Source: a bacterium (GTDB lineage Bacteria; Electryoneota; Electryoneia; Electryoneales; Electryoneaceae). Taken from it: a stretch of DNA of 64,000 bases. The notes beneath the pieces were generated by a model. The model was not told where the DNA came from and searched no databases. It saw only the letters and a list, made by a program, of their open reading frames with translations. Below, one piece after another: positions 18,989 through 29,454 of this stretch. Where the stretch lies: contig OY769902.1 of NCBI GenBank assembly GCA_963669175.1, positions 4,480,001 through 4,544,000 of the forward strand, in the 5' to 3' direction. The position numbers and the translations under genes are program-made. Within the stretch, counting starts at the first letter, position 1, and each line of letters begins with the position of its first letter.

Positions 18989-19757
18989 CTGTCTTGATCC
19001 AACCATTATTCACTGCTAACTCGTACCACTGATCAAATCCTTTTTTCGAACTAATGAATTTTCTATCTAATAATTGACAAAATTCCCACGTAGTTCTAGT
19101 GGTAAGTGAAACATAGTGAATATCTCTAACTTGTATTTGTCCTGTTCCAAGTGCCGGATTATAACTAATATCAGAATTTGATAGTAATTTTAGATCATAT
19201 GCATTGTGACCAACAACTTCCATTATTCCATCCATCAAACCGGTTTCACCGTTTTTATTTGAATATACTCTGTGTTTTAATGATAAAATGATGAACAAAT
19301 AGTCAGGGTCTTCAATATAGGCTGTTCTAATTCTTTTAAATGAAGTAATATTTGGCGATTTACCGCTAGATTCAAAATCTTCTGAAGTAGCTTTAACATC
19401 CACTTCAGCTGTAACACCTGATTCTAATTTTCTCGTCATTCTAAACTGTAAGATAATATCTGCCATATTGAGGCGTTGTTGAGCCTCAACATTAATGAGC
19501 TGATATTTGTTTTGTTTGTCTTCCATAACATTATGAAACGTCTCACAAGCCCAAGCCTCGACCATTGGGCCTGCAATCTTGTTGATGTTCTCCATAGGAA
19601 GACCCAGCTTCAAATTCGTATTGATGATTATTTGGTTTTTACCTTCATCAATAGCCGTTTGCATAATTTCTTCTATTGATTTGGTGACAAAATTCGAACA
19701 TTGTTCGTAATCATAACACTGCTTTGGAATCTTGAAAATCAAATCGTCGTAGCTCAT
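18981..19757 (-). CDS. Type II restriction endonuclease, HpaI-like (GTTAAC predicted)
   Basis: IIINTNLK.GLP.ENINKIAGPM.EAW, VDVKATS, SGKSPNITSF.RIRTAY, ISYNPALGTGQIQ segments recalled from R.HpaI; AT-rich. Confidence 0.82.
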   Translation of the reverse strand: MSYDDLIFKIPKQCYDYEQCSNFVTKSIEEIMQTAIDEGKNQIIINTNLKLGLPMENINKIAGPMVEAWACETFHNVMEDKQNKYQLINVEAQQRLNMADIILQFRMTRKLESGVTAEVDVKATSEDFESSGKSPNITSFKRIRTAYIEDPDYLFIILSLKHRVYSNKNGETGLMDGIMEVVGHNAYDLKLLSNSDISYNPALGTGQIQVRDIHYVSLTTRTTWEFCQLLDRKFISSKKGFDQWYELAVNNGWIKTDE

Positions 19758-19861
19758 ATGATCACACTTTCTTGAAAAAATGGGGTTTTTCTGCGTCCTA
19801 GGTTCTGACTAAATGTATTGGTTTTCACCCTCCTTTACAACCGTGAAATTTGCCAGAGCTA

Positions 19862-20083
19862 TTAACCAACGGGTTGAAAAATTCTTAGAGTTTTTTGAGT
19901 CTGGCGTTTTTGACTGGTTTTAAACTCTATTTTCTGTTAACCAGAAAGTGGCTTATAAAACTCGTGAAAATCGCGAAAATCGCGAGCCTATGAGAATTGA
20001 AAAGAACTTAAGAGTTTGATAACTAAAAGGTTGGAAACAGTAAAACCCCTCTCAAAAGGGGCTGTTAACTAAAAACCCAGAGA
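19862..20083 (+). repeat. ~220-bp dispersed non-coding repeat, copy A
   Basis: Colinear, diverged match to 54131-54352. Confidence 0.85.
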
Positions 20084-20330
20084 GTTTTATTTATTATATG
20101 TGATGCTTGATGGAATGGCCAGTACAAGAACCACGGCATTGGTTCCCTGAATTAACCCATCGCCCAGCGCCGTCTGTTTGGCGCTCACGGTGGGAATGGG
20201 GTGTACGCTACTTGCCATCCCCTGCAGCGGGTTGCCCCTGCCAAAGCGGTTTCAGAAACTCAGCCTCAGTTTGCCAGCGAAATAGGGAATACACTCAAAG
20301 GGATACCGGAGCAAACTATACCCTGAAGAA

Positions 20331-20600
20331 CTAGTGGACCGGATCACATGAATCGAGGTATTCTGCTTGTCACGGGCGAGTTGGGTGCAAGGCGATTTCA
20401 TGCAGGTGTAGCGGGTTACTGTAAATAAAATCAACGCAGCAGACAGCAGCCTCGTGACAAGCCCGAAGGGAGCGCGCCTCATCGTTCATGACGTCGTTCC
20501 ATTCCTTTGAAATAACCCGCTATGCCTTCAGGAATGCGCCTTGTCCTGAACGATGATGAGCAGCTCAGGATCCATCGATTCATGTGATCCGGTCCACTAG
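20331..20600. mobile_element. 270-bp MITE with CTAG termini
   Basis: Perfect 26-bp inverted repeat CTAGTGGACCGGATCACATGAATCGA at 20331-20356 and 20575-20600; no transposase. Confidence 0.8.
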
Positions 20601-20651
20601 ATGACCATTCGCTTGTTGTCACTTCCATACAATCATTTTACCTTCCACAGT

Positions 20652-23357
20652 ATGGATATTGAACTGAACCTCACTCCCACAGGCCATCTTCTTTTGCAAG
20701 GGCCAGACGTTGACGCATCGATTTCTGATCGTTGGATGAAGCGGGTTGTGTCAGGATTTTCGGTATCGGAAGCGGAAGGATTGTTTGCTTTGGCTGCTAC
20801 ACAGCCATCCATTCCTCCTCCCGCAGCCTTCAGCTATTGGCGTGAGTTCGCTGGCCGATATTTAGCCGAACTCTGTCGCACCCCCAATCCGGAGGGACAG
20901 TCATTCGACCTGATCGCGCCTCCCGATGAAAGTGAACTTGCTACGTTGCTTCTTTCCGCCCCACCCATGCCAGGAGGTGAATACCTCACGATCAATGTAT
21001 TCCGTGATCTCTGGGCGGAGTTGGACCTTTGGATTCGTGGAAAAATTGCTGAGTCCGGACAGGAATTGAGCGCTTGGCTGGAATCAAACGCTCCTACCTG
21101 GCGAAAAGTCGGCAGAGTCTGTTTTCACCTTGCCGAGAACAAGCGTGATCCGGACTACCCATTTGCCTTTCTGGCGACTTACGCACCACGTCTCTCCCGT
21201 GGCGGAGTTGTGCAGTACCGGCCTCTTGGAAAAGCACTTCAGGAATATGCTGGTGAAGGGAACAAGAAAGCGCTGCTGAAACTTCTTGAGCCAGTTTCTA
21301 ACGCTGCTGAACACGTCGAATTTGTGCGTGATATGGTGGAATCCGGCGAGATCTATCATCCAATAGCCTGGACCCCTGAGGAAGCCTACCGGTTGCTGAA
21401 GCATGTCCCTGATCTGGAAAAGAGCGGCTTACTCGTACGTCTTCCCGACTGGTGGCGGAAGCGTCCTCGTCCACAGGTTTCAGTAACCGTGGGAGAAAGA
21501 CAGAAGAGCCAGTTTGGGGTTGACGCCTTGCTCGATTTCCGTGTAGCGCTTTCCCTCGGTAACGAGGAACTGACGGAAGAGGAATACCACGCGTTGCTGG
21601 CTGCAGAAGACGGTCTGGTCTACGTCAAGGGCACATGGGTTGAAGTGGACCAAGAGAAATTGTCCGAGGCGCTAAAGCATTGGAAGCGGATCGAGGCAGC
21701 ATCGGACGAGGGCGTCTCATTCATCGAAGGGATGCGTCTGCTGGCAGGCGCGCCGGCAGATCTGGGCGCTAAAGCAGAATCCGGCACTCGGCTCAGCGAT
21801 TGGACGGACATCCGTTCCGGCGACTGGTTGCGAGATGTACTCGCCGGGTTACGCAATCCAGACCTGCTCACCCAGGACGGCCCGAGCCCGAACCTGCGCG
21901 CTACCCTCCGCCCTTATCAGCATGTGGGGCATAATTGGCTCTGGTTCCTCAGTAGCCTCGGTCTCGGCGCCTGTCTTGCTGATGATATGGGGTTGGGCAA
22001 GACAATCCAGTTACTCTCGCTGTTGGTCGCATTGAAAGAACGGCGCCCTTCTCCAAAACCATCGCTGCTCGTGTTGCCGACATCGCTGCTCGCCAATTGG
22101 AAAGCCGAGATCGAACGGTTTGCACCGACACTGAAGGTGGTATTCGTCCATCCATCGGAAACTGATCCCGCTTTACTTGATACACTTGCGGAAGATCCCA
22201 AAGGCACTCTGGCGAGCGTAGACCTCGTGCTCACCAGCTACGGTATGCTATCGCGGCGCATGTGGCTGCATGATGTGGAGTGGCGGCTCCTGATTCTCGA
22301 CGAAGCACAGGCGATAAAGAACCCTGCCACTCGGCAGACACGGACTGTGAAGAAGCTAAGAGCCGACACTCGCCTGGCGCTTACCGGCACACCGATTGAA
22401 AACCGACTCGGCGATCTTTGGTCGCTGTTCGATTTTCTTTCCCCAGGCCTGCTCGGATCGCATACAAAATTCAAAGGATTCGTTAAAAGCCTGGATTCTC
22501 GAGAACAGGACAGGTACGCTCCATTACGCAACCTGGTCGGACCGTACATCCTGCGCCGTATGAAAACAGATAAACGGATCATTGCAGATCTGCCGGACAA
22601 GACAGATGTGAAGGCGTATTGCGGTCTCGCCAAACGCCAGGCTGTGGTTTACCGTAAATCAGTTGAAGAACTCGCAGCAGCGCTGAATGGTCGGACGGGC
22701 ATTCAACGGCGTGGGCTTGTGCTTGCCTACCTGATGCGTTTCAAGCAGATCTGCAATCATCCGAGCCAGTACCTCAATGACGGCATCTTCAAACCATCCG
22801 AGAGTGGGAAATTTCAGAGGTTGCGTGAAATCGCTGAAGAACTGGTAATTCGCCAGGAGAAAGCGCTTATCTTTACACAGTTTCGCGAAATGACAGAACC
22901 GATAGCGGCCTTCCTTGAAACGGAGTTTGGGCGAGATGCCATCATATTACACGGCGGCACACCAGTAAAACGCAGGGGAGCACTGGTTGACAGTTTCCAG
23001 CAAGAGGATGGACCGCCTTTCTTCATCCTGTCGCTGAAAGCGGGCGGAACCGGGCTGAACCTCACTGCCGCCTCGCATGTCATACATTTTGATCGCTGGT
23101 GGAATCCAGCGGTTGAGAACCAGGCGACGGATCGAGCGTTTCGCATTGGACAGCAAAGAAATGTGCTTGTCCACAAGTTTATCTGCCGCGGCACCATCGA
23201 AGAAAAGATTGACGCCATGATCGAGGAAAAGTCGAACCTCGCAGGTGACATCATCGACACGGGAGCGGAATCCTTGCTTACCGAGATGAACGATGAGGAA
23301 CTGATCGACGTGGTTACGCTTGATATAGATCGAGCACTAACAGGAGCTGACGAGTGA
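20652..23357 (+). CDS. SNF2-family helicase/ATPase
   Basis: LADDMGLGKT, LDEAQ, TGTPIEN, QATDRAFRIGQ; likely start MDIEL at 20652. Confidence 0.93.
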   Translation: MDIELNLTPTGHLLLQGPDVDASISDRWMKRVVSGFSVSEAEGLFALAATQPSIPPPAAFSYWREFAGRYLAELCRTPNPEGQSFDLIAPPDESELATLLLSAPPMPGGEYLTINVFRDLWAELDLWIRGKIAESGQELSAWLESNAPTWRKVGRVCFHLAENKRDPDYPFAFLATYAPRLSRGGVVQYRPLGKALQEYAGEGNKKALLKLLEPVSNAAEHVEFVRDMVESGEIYHPIAWTPEEAYRLLKHVPDLEKSGLLVRLPDWWRKRPRPQVSVTVGERQKSQFGVDALLDFRVALSLGNEELTEEEYHALLAAEDGLVYVKGTWVEVDQEKLSEALKHWKRIEAASDEGVSFIEGMRLLAGAPADLGAKAESGTRLSDWTDIRSGDWLRDVLAGLRNPDLLTQDGPSPNLRATLRPYQHVGHNWLWFLSSLGLGACLADDMGLGKTIQLLSLLVALKERRPSPKPSLLVLPTSLLANWKAEIERFAPTLKVVFVHPSETDPALLDTLAEDPKGTLASVDLVLTSYGMLSRRMWLHDVEWRLLILDEAQAIKNPATRQTRTVKKLRADTRLALTGTPIENRLGDLWSLFDFLSPGLLGSHTKFKGFVKSLDSREQDRYAPLRNLVGPYILRRMKTDKRIIADLPDKTDVKAYCGLAKRQAVVYRKSVEELAAALNGRTGIQRRGLVLAYLMRFKQICNHPSQYLNDGIFKPSESGKFQRLREIAEELVIRQEKALIFTQFREMTEPIAAFLETEFGRDAIILHGGTPVKRRGALVDSFQQEDGPPFFILSLKAGGTGLNLTAASHVIHFDRWWNPAVENQATDRAFRIGQQRNVLVHKFICRGTIEEKIDAMIEEKSNLAGDIIDTGAESLLTEMNDEELIDVVTLDIDRALTGADE

Positions 23358-24589
23358 GTTTCTACGGCTGGTATCCAAAGGAAACCGTCGCCATGAAACG
23401 TGCGCGGGCGATAAAACAGATTAACAAACTTCGTAAACAGGGCCGCGAGATTCAACCTGTCGCTATCGAGGGCAAGACAATCGCACGTAGCTTCTGGGGC
23501 AAGGCGTGGTGCGAACATTTGGAATCGTTCAGCGACTACGAAAACCGGTTGCCGCGAGGACGAACCTACGTACGAGCGGGCACCGTCTGCCATCTCGAGA
23601 TAAATGAAGGTGTGGTTGACGCACTCGTAAGCGGAACGAGTCTATACAAAGTACATGTAGAGATTGCTCCGCTCTCACCTGAGAACTGGCAACGAGTAAA
23701 ACGCAATTGCTCGGGGCAGATCGGATCACTTCTAGAACTATTACAGGGAAAATTGTCTGATCATGTAATGGCATCAGTCACAGACCGTGAAAATGGGCTT
23801 TTTCCACTACCCGGTGAGATGAAATTCAACTGCAGTTGTCCGGATTGGGCGACAATGTGCAAACACGTGGCCGCAGTTCTATATGGTGTGGGCGCTAGAC
23901 TGGATAAACAACCATCGCTGCTTTTCACATTGCGCGGCGTCGATCACCAGGAACTGATCGCCAGTGAACTGAACATCGTCTCAACTGTGTCGCCATTGGA
24001 TAAGCGCCGTAGAATTGACGATGACGCTCTCGGTGACGTATTCGGGATTGATATTTCCGATGAGGCCGATGATCCGGAGGCGCCAGTTATTCGAACGTCC
24101 ACCAAAGGTAAGCCTAAAGCAAAGAAGAAGACAAAACCGGCGCCTTTAAAGGAACAGACTGCGAGAAAAGGAACAGCGAGTAAAAAGACATCCCGCTCCA
24201 AACCTCCTGAAAAGCAATCGGAGAAACGGAAAACATCGCGGAAAGCCAAGTCCATCCAGAAGAAGAATCCCACGTCGACAACGAGAAAGACGTTGGGAAA
24301 GGAAAAACAAGGGTATCGTGGTCCTGCGCGTATGGCGCCGCCCAAGCAGAAATCCCCGGGCGCTTCACCGGTGACCGGCAAGAAAGTCGCTGACTTGCGC
24401 TCGAAATTCCATATGACGAAAATCCAATTCGCAAAGCTGATCGGCGTATCCACACAATCGATAACAAATTGGGAAAAGAATACTGGATTATTGAACCTTC
24501 AAGACCGCACCTTTGACTCATGGTGCAAGGTCAAGAAACTTTCTCGGCAATCAGCATGGAAGACACTGGACAAACAAGATCGCAGGTAA
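23354..24589 (+). CDS. SWIM zinc-finger protein with Lys-rich linker and C-terminal XRE-type HTH
   Basis: CSCPDWATMCKH; RLPRGRTY; FAKLIGVSTQSITNWE. Confidence 0.88.
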   Translation: MSFYGWYPKETVAMKRARAIKQINKLRKQGREIQPVAIEGKTIARSFWGKAWCEHLESFSDYENRLPRGRTYVRAGTVCHLEINEGVVDALVSGTSLYKVHVEIAPLSPENWQRVKRNCSGQIGSLLELLQGKLSDHVMASVTDRENGLFPLPGEMKFNCSCPDWATMCKHVAAVLYGVGARLDKQPSLLFTLRGVDHQELIASELNIVSTVSPLDKRRRIDDDALGDVFGIDISDEADDPEAPVIRTSTKGKPKAKKKTKPAPLKEQTARKGTASKKTSRSKPPEKQSEKRKTSRKAKSIQKKNPTSTTRKTLGKEKQGYRGPARMAPPKQKSPGASPVTGKKVADLRSKFHMTKIQFAKLIGVSTQSITNWEKNTGLLNLQDRTFDSWCKVKKLSRQSAWKTLDKQDRR

Positions 24590-24637
24590 TAGAATGGATC
24601 TCGATACACAGAAAACAGTTAACAGTAGGAAAAGGTC

Positions 24638-25321
24638 ATGAATTTACAGGACAAATTGACTAAGAACGAGCTGGACAAACTGGAAGATTTCCTGCTCTCC
24701 GATAGCACCCCGGAGAACTGTATGGATATCTCCATGCTTGATGGGTTCCTGACTTGCCTTGCCATTGGTCCGGAATTGATACCACCGAGCCTATGGATAC
24801 CTGCTGTCTGGGAACCATTTGGAGGAGGTGAAGTAGTTTGGGAATTTGAGGAAGAAGCAACATATATATTTAGCCTTTTGGTGCGATATTATAACTCGAT
24901 TATAGATACTTTTAGAAAGAATCCCGGTTCTTTCAGTCCAATTGTACATGAAAACACGAATGGTGAAGTCTTCATTGAAAGCTGGTGTATTGGTTTTTTA
25001 CGAGGTATCGCTTTCAATACCAATAAATGGGATATAATGATGGATATCCCGGAAGAGCAAATAAACCTCCTTCCGATTCTCATACACGGAACGACAGAAG
25101 GTTGGAATGCACTCGAGTTGAAAGAAACCAAGGACATTAGCCGGGAAGAATGGCTTGATCTGATGATTGTGTCAGTCGGCCGCATTCATGAATTCTGGCT
25201 GCCCTATAGGAACGAAATTCAGGGCAAACAGCCTCATCGCCAAGCCAAGCAAAAAACTCGACGCAACGATCCCTGCCCTTGCGGATCAGGAAAGAAATTC
25301 AAACACTGTTGCATGAAGTGA
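24638..25321 (+). CDS. YecA/UPF0149 protein with SEC-C motif
   Basis: MLDGFLT...P.LI.PS.W, WCIGF, RNDPCPCGSGKKFKHCC. Confidence 0.88.
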   Translation: MNLQDKLTKNELDKLEDFLLSDSTPENCMDISMLDGFLTCLAIGPELIPPSLWIPAVWEPFGGGEVVWEFEEEATYIFSLLVRYYNSIIDTFRKNPGSFSPIVHENTNGEVFIESWCIGFLRGIAFNTNKWDIMMDIPEEQINLLPILIHGTTEGWNALELKETKDISREEWLDLMIVSVGRIHEFWLPYRNEIQGKQPHRQAKQKTRRNDPCPCGSGKKFKHCCMK

Positions 25322-25331
25322 AGAGGATAAC

Positions 25332-26282
25332 ATGACCACACTTGCCCCCACAAATCCCCGGTCTCCTCTTGGCAGGTTGATTCAGGAGCGATTACTGGCT
25401 CACGGCCCCATGAATAAACAGACAATGCACAGGATTATCCAGGAAACCATTGAGGAATACAATCGATCTTCGCGGGATGAACTCGCAGGACTTTCGCCTG
25501 AACAGGTGCCAAAACTATTATCGTCTGATTATATCAGCGAAGATTCAGTCGTTAAACTGAATCCGGACATCCCATTTGAGCGTCTGAAAGATCACGAACT
25601 TCTGAACAATGCAAGGAACTTCTTGAGTTTGTTGCAACTGGAGAACGGCACAAAAGCGACAAGTTATGGCTACCTGAATAGGGCGTTTGTGGCAAAAGCT
25701 ATAAAAGTGATGGTCTTTCCCGAGGAGTACCTAGAAAAGATATACCGAGTGAAAAAGGTCATCAACGAAACGGACGTATGGAGCCTGCATCTCGTCAGGG
25801 CTCTCCTTGATACGAGCGGAATTGTCAGGAAGTACAAGGGAAAATTCATCGTTTCGAAGAAAGGGAAGCCCTTTACAGATGAAAAGAATGCCGGAAAGCT
25901 GTTGTATGAGTTATTCCTCGGATTCCATGGAAAGTTCAATCACGCTTATCTTGACCGCTGGCCTGAAACAATGACAACCCGATATGCATTCCCCTTTTCG
26001 CTCCGCTTCGTGCATTATCGAAGAAACACCTGGATTGATAGAAATGACTTTATAAAGCTGCTTCCTCCCGGTGTGCTGGAACATGAGTTCAGTATTGAAC
26101 TTGGAGAATTCAATGAGCACCTGCCTACCAGTATCATTACTACCAGAATAATCAATCCACTAGAGATGTTCGGCCTTATCGAGAAACGGTACATTCCTGA
26201 TCCCAAGTTCCCTGGAAGCACCATACTTTCGGCTATCAAATCCACCAAACTGTTTGAAGAGTTTGTCCGTTTTGAGCTCTAA
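25332..26282 (+). CDS. Hypothetical protein
   Basis: 316 aa ORF with RBS, 10 bp after the SEC-C gene. Confidence 0.7.
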   Translation: MTTLAPTNPRSPLGRLIQERLLAHGPMNKQTMHRIIQETIEEYNRSSRDELAGLSPEQVPKLLSSDYISEDSVVKLNPDIPFERLKDHELLNNARNFLSLLQLENGTKATSYGYLNRAFVAKAIKVMVFPEEYLEKIYRVKKVINETDVWSLHLVRALLDTSGIVRKYKGKFIVSKKGKPFTDEKNAGKLLYELFLGFHGKFNHAYLDRWPETMTTRYAFPFSLRFVHYRRNTWIDRNDFIKLLPPGVLEHEFSIELGEFNEHLPTSIITTRIINPLEMFGLIEKRYIPDPKFPGSTILSAIKSTKLFEEFVRFEL

Positions 26283-26653
26283 TATCATGTAACAGAAGCA
26301 TCCGACGACTTCTTTTCGGTCTTCCATGTAGCAATAATTCTTACCAGTTGACGTCCTTGTATGGAAGATCGCTTTCTGCTTTTCTATCAAACTGGAAACA
26401 TATCACTGAAAAAAAACTATCAGTAGGAATTCAAGTGGGACAACAATGAAGAAAGTCAGGAGTTTTAACAGTATAGATTTTATCGATGGATTCACCGTAG
26501 ATCGCATAAACGGTAAACATAAATCTTCCTATAAATACGAAAAACCCCAGTTTTCACTGAGGTTTTCTGGCTCCTCAATAGGGGCTTACTCGGCCCCCCC
26601 CCTTATAATCCCCAAATTTCGCCAGGTTTTTCAATGTTTGGATCATCAAAGCG

Positions 26654-27976
26654 CTACAAGGATGCAATCCAATCCGGCATCATCTCTTTTATCTCGATTT
26701 TCAACTCATCCAAGTCATCTTCTTCAATCAATTGTTTTTCCTCCAGCATGAAGGTGTAGAACTTCTTCAGACTGGCAGCATTCTCCCGGATACTTGTAGC
26801 TGACGCCCATAGCGCTTTACGGATAAACCAGTATCCCAGAAAACCATTTACGTGGTTTACTCCCTCAGCAGCCGTGGTGGTATCGTCGTAGAGCAAGTAC
26901 TGGTTCACATAGAAGTAAATATTTTCATAGTGTTTCCGGACAGTTTTCTCTGACAATCCTTTTCCACGCAACCAGAAGAGAAAGTCCGTCAACAGATTCT
27001 CATTTTCGTTACGAATCTTCTCGCATTCCTTCTCGAAGGTCTCATAATCGAAAGAAGCATGCGCTTCATTCCCCTGGACTCCTCCTATAAACCCTGAATC
27101 ATTGATTGATATGATTCGCGCATTCATACCTTCATCATTTGGCTCCAGGTTCGTGTCATAATCCATGATTTCACGAATTGTGCGTAAAGATGATGACGGC
27201 GCACGCTTGGTCGATTTTTGCTGCCATGCCATAAACATGTTTCTTAGTGTCCCTTCAGCGCTTGCATTCTTTCCGTCCATAAGTTGTTTCAGAACAGGTC
27301 GAACGTCTCCCATCGAAAGCACATCCAACCATTTTTCCACATCCTGTTGTAGAGAGTCGTCAGCCTGGTCTGTAGCGTTATCTTGCAGCGCATCTTCCAC
27401 AAGATCGAGATCCACTTCCAGAAATTCAGCCAGCGCTCGCTGGGCATTTGTTATTTTCCCCAATCCTGTAACACAGAATGGCTCCTTATCATCGTCGTCG
27501 AAAAAGTCATACAGCACAGCCATGAACCAGCCAATATATACGCTTCGATAATCTCCTCGAAGCAATTCCTCACGGATCGCCGCAAGACGTATCATCCACC
27601 CCTCGCCATCCTCCATGGCAAAACGATCATCATCATCTCCTTCCTCAAGATGCCAGGTCAGAATGATATGTGATTTCGTAAACGTATAATAGAAGAACTC
27701 ATTCGCTGCTGCCTCGACAATCTCGCGTGGGATTGCTGAGAGTGGCACTCGAACCATCAATATTGCCGTCCGCCAATTGGCAACATAGATATGAACATCG
27801 AAATAGCGTTTCATCAGCGCTTCAGGATTGCCTTTAAAATCTCCCCAATTGTATACAGTGGTAAAACTTGTTGGTGTAATACGGGCTCGTGAATAAACAG
27901 ATTGCAGAGCGTCAATATCATCCTCAGAAAGAGGTTTCTCTATCGCCAGAAACTCGTAGTACTGAAATTCACTCAT
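26654..27976 (-). CDS. Two-domain hypothetical protein (MSEFQYYEF-type N-terminus + integrase-SAM-like C-terminus)
   Basis: Start MSEFQYYEFLA overlaps the upstream stop; C-terminal KGLSEKTVRKH...FLGYWFIRK...SLKKFY. Confidence 0.7.
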   Translation of the reverse strand: MSEFQYYEFLAIEKPLSEDDIDALQSVYSRARITPTSFTTVYNWGDFKGNPEALMKRYFDVHIYVANWRTAILMVRVPLSAIPREIVEAAANEFFYYTFTKSHIILTWHLEEGDDDDRFAMEDGEGWMIRLAAIREELLRGDYRSVYIGWFMAVLYDFFDDDDKEPFCVTGLGKITNAQRALAEFLEVDLDLVEDALQDNATDQADDSLQQDVEKWLDVLSMGDVRPVLKQLMDGKNASAEGTLRNMFMAWQQKSTKRAPSSSLRTIREIMDYDTNLEPNDEGMNARIISINDSGFIGGVQGNEAHASFDYETFEKECEKIRNENENLLTDFLFWLRGKGLSEKTVRKHYENIYFYVNQYLLYDDTTTAAEGVNHVNGFLGYWFIRKALWASATSIRENAASLKKFYTFMLEEKQLIEEDDLDELKIEIKEMMPDWIASL

Positions 27977-28304
27977 CACCGGATTCCTTCTTTTTTTTGA
28001 CTGCACGAAAGGAAGAATTATCGCCGAAATGAAAGTAGATTCTCCCGTTCAATTCACCGTTTTCTATGCAAGCCCACCCACGCCCACAGGCTGGATCCAT
28101 CTCGTCACTTCCATCCCAGGTGAATTCAATTCGTTCCTGTCCATTTGAACCTTCAACCTGGCAATCCATGAAGCCAACGACCAATCCGAACTGAAAATCA
28201 CCAGTTCTATCAGTGTTAAATTTCAGATATCCTGGTACTTCCATATCAATGAAGCTTTTATCCCACAGCTCCATTTCTTCGATCATCCATGTCCCGGTAA
28301 ACAT
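27969..28304 (-). CDS. Small conserved hypothetical protein
   Basis: G.W.I.EME.WD...G.FQFG...FTW.G.DEMD...GRGW pattern; strong RBS. Confidence 0.7.
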   Translation of the reverse strand: MFTGTWMIEEMELWDKSFIDMEVPGYLKFNTDRTGDFQFGLVVGFMDCQVEGSNGQERIEFTWDGSDEMDPACGRGWACIENGELNGRIYFHFGDNSSFRAVKKKKESGDE

Positions 28305-28479
28305 GCCCTCCCCCGCTATGACTGTTTATACCTTCTCAAGTAATAATACTTGATAGTAGAAGCATCCACAATCTCAGAAAGGGTTATAGTAGTAGATTCC
28401 TTCTCGAAGATATCTACGCATTGTGTGATTTCTGCTTCATCGCCTCTTCAATTCCTCCTCGTTTATCTCTTTCCTGAAC

Positions 28480-28568
28480 AATTCTTTCATCCGACCTGAT
28501 TCAAATTCATCAGAATTTTAAGCTTTGCATCCCAATCTTTCGCACGGATTGCATTTTGACGAGGCACA
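28480..28568 (+). mobile_element. Degenerate right end of the TGT..ACA MITE family
   Basis: CGCACGGATTGCATTTTGACGAGGCACA matches the right ends at 40877 and 54085; left boundary approximate. Confidence 0.6.
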
Positions 28569-28582
28569 ACCAGAATCCTGAA

Positions 28583-29326
28583 TCAGGAGGATGTGTTCCC
28601 TGGTCTCATCTGGATGATCCTGGTTTTTGCGAGCCACTGAATCACCGGGTAAGCCGGATCAAACTCATGCGGTTTTGCGGCAAGGTTGGGATTACCTGGA
28701 TCATGGTGGTGGTTATTCTGAAAGAGTTCACCCAGGGTGAGAAAGTCAACTGGCAAGGCGTTTGTGGAGCGATCCGGGTTGTCGAAGTTACGGTAGCCGT
28801 ACTTGTGGCCACACCAGTTGACAATTGCACCATGTACCGGCCCCATCACAACCTGTACTGGCAACAGCAACCAGTGCCACCAGCGATTGGCAAAACGAAT
28901 ATAGAACAGCAGGTACAAAAGAATAAAAACTAGTGGATAAACGACATTACCTGTAATGATACGGTCAAATGTTTTCCATTCGGGGACATTTAGATCAAAC
29001 TGCTTTCCCACTTCGGACCGTTTGTAAAGGATATCGCTGTAAATCCTGTAGGTACGCAACATCATATCCATGACATTTTTTGAATGGACCGGTGAGTGGG
29101 GATCCTCTGGTTTGTCGGCGTGGGCGTGGTGCAGACGGTGCAGGATGGCATAGGCACGTGGGTTGAGATAAGACGACCCCTGGGTTACAAAGGTGAAGAT
29201 GTAGAAAAAACACTCCCATCTTTTACTCATAATGAACATCTTGTGGGATCCGTAACGGTGGAGAAAAAAGGTCTGAGCAAAACCCGCCAGCATCCAGTGC
29301 GCAAGAAAAAATGCCAGGATTGCCAT
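28583..29326 (-). CDS. Membrane fatty-acid (acyl-CoA) desaturase
   Basis: His boxes HRYGSH, HRLHH, NNHH; DPHSP. Confidence 0.92.
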   Translation of the reverse strand: MAILAFFLAHWMLAGFAQTFFLHRYGSHKMFIMSKRWECFFYIFTFVTQGSSYLNPRAYAILHRLHHAHADKPEDPHSPVHSKNVMDMMLRTYRIYSDILYKRSEVGKQFDLNVPEWKTFDRIITGNVVYPLVFILLYLLFYIRFANRWWHWLLLPVQVVMGPVHGAIVNWCGHKYGYRNFDNPDRSTNALPVDFLTLGELFQNNHHHDPGNPNLAAKPHEFDPAYPVIQWLAKTRIIQMRPGNTSS

Positions 29327-29425
29327 GGTATCCTCCCCAGGTTTAGCCTTCCTGTTGTTCGAAAAGACCCCTCAGACTGCCGATCTTCTTCCAGCAGTAC
29401 ACGTTGGTTATTATAAACCTGCTTA

Positions 29426-29454
29426 TAGCAATTAGCAATTAGCAATTAGCAATT
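29426..29454 (+). repeat. Heptamer tandem repeat (TAGCAAT)x4
   Basis: Read directly. Confidence 0.85.

Noticed and set aside
26541-26608. tRNA 3' fragment or att site (minus strand ...GGAGCCA followed by a terminator-like hairpin)
   Set aside because: The hairpin loop lacks the TTCGA T-loop, acceptor spacing is wrong, and no partner site or integrase was found
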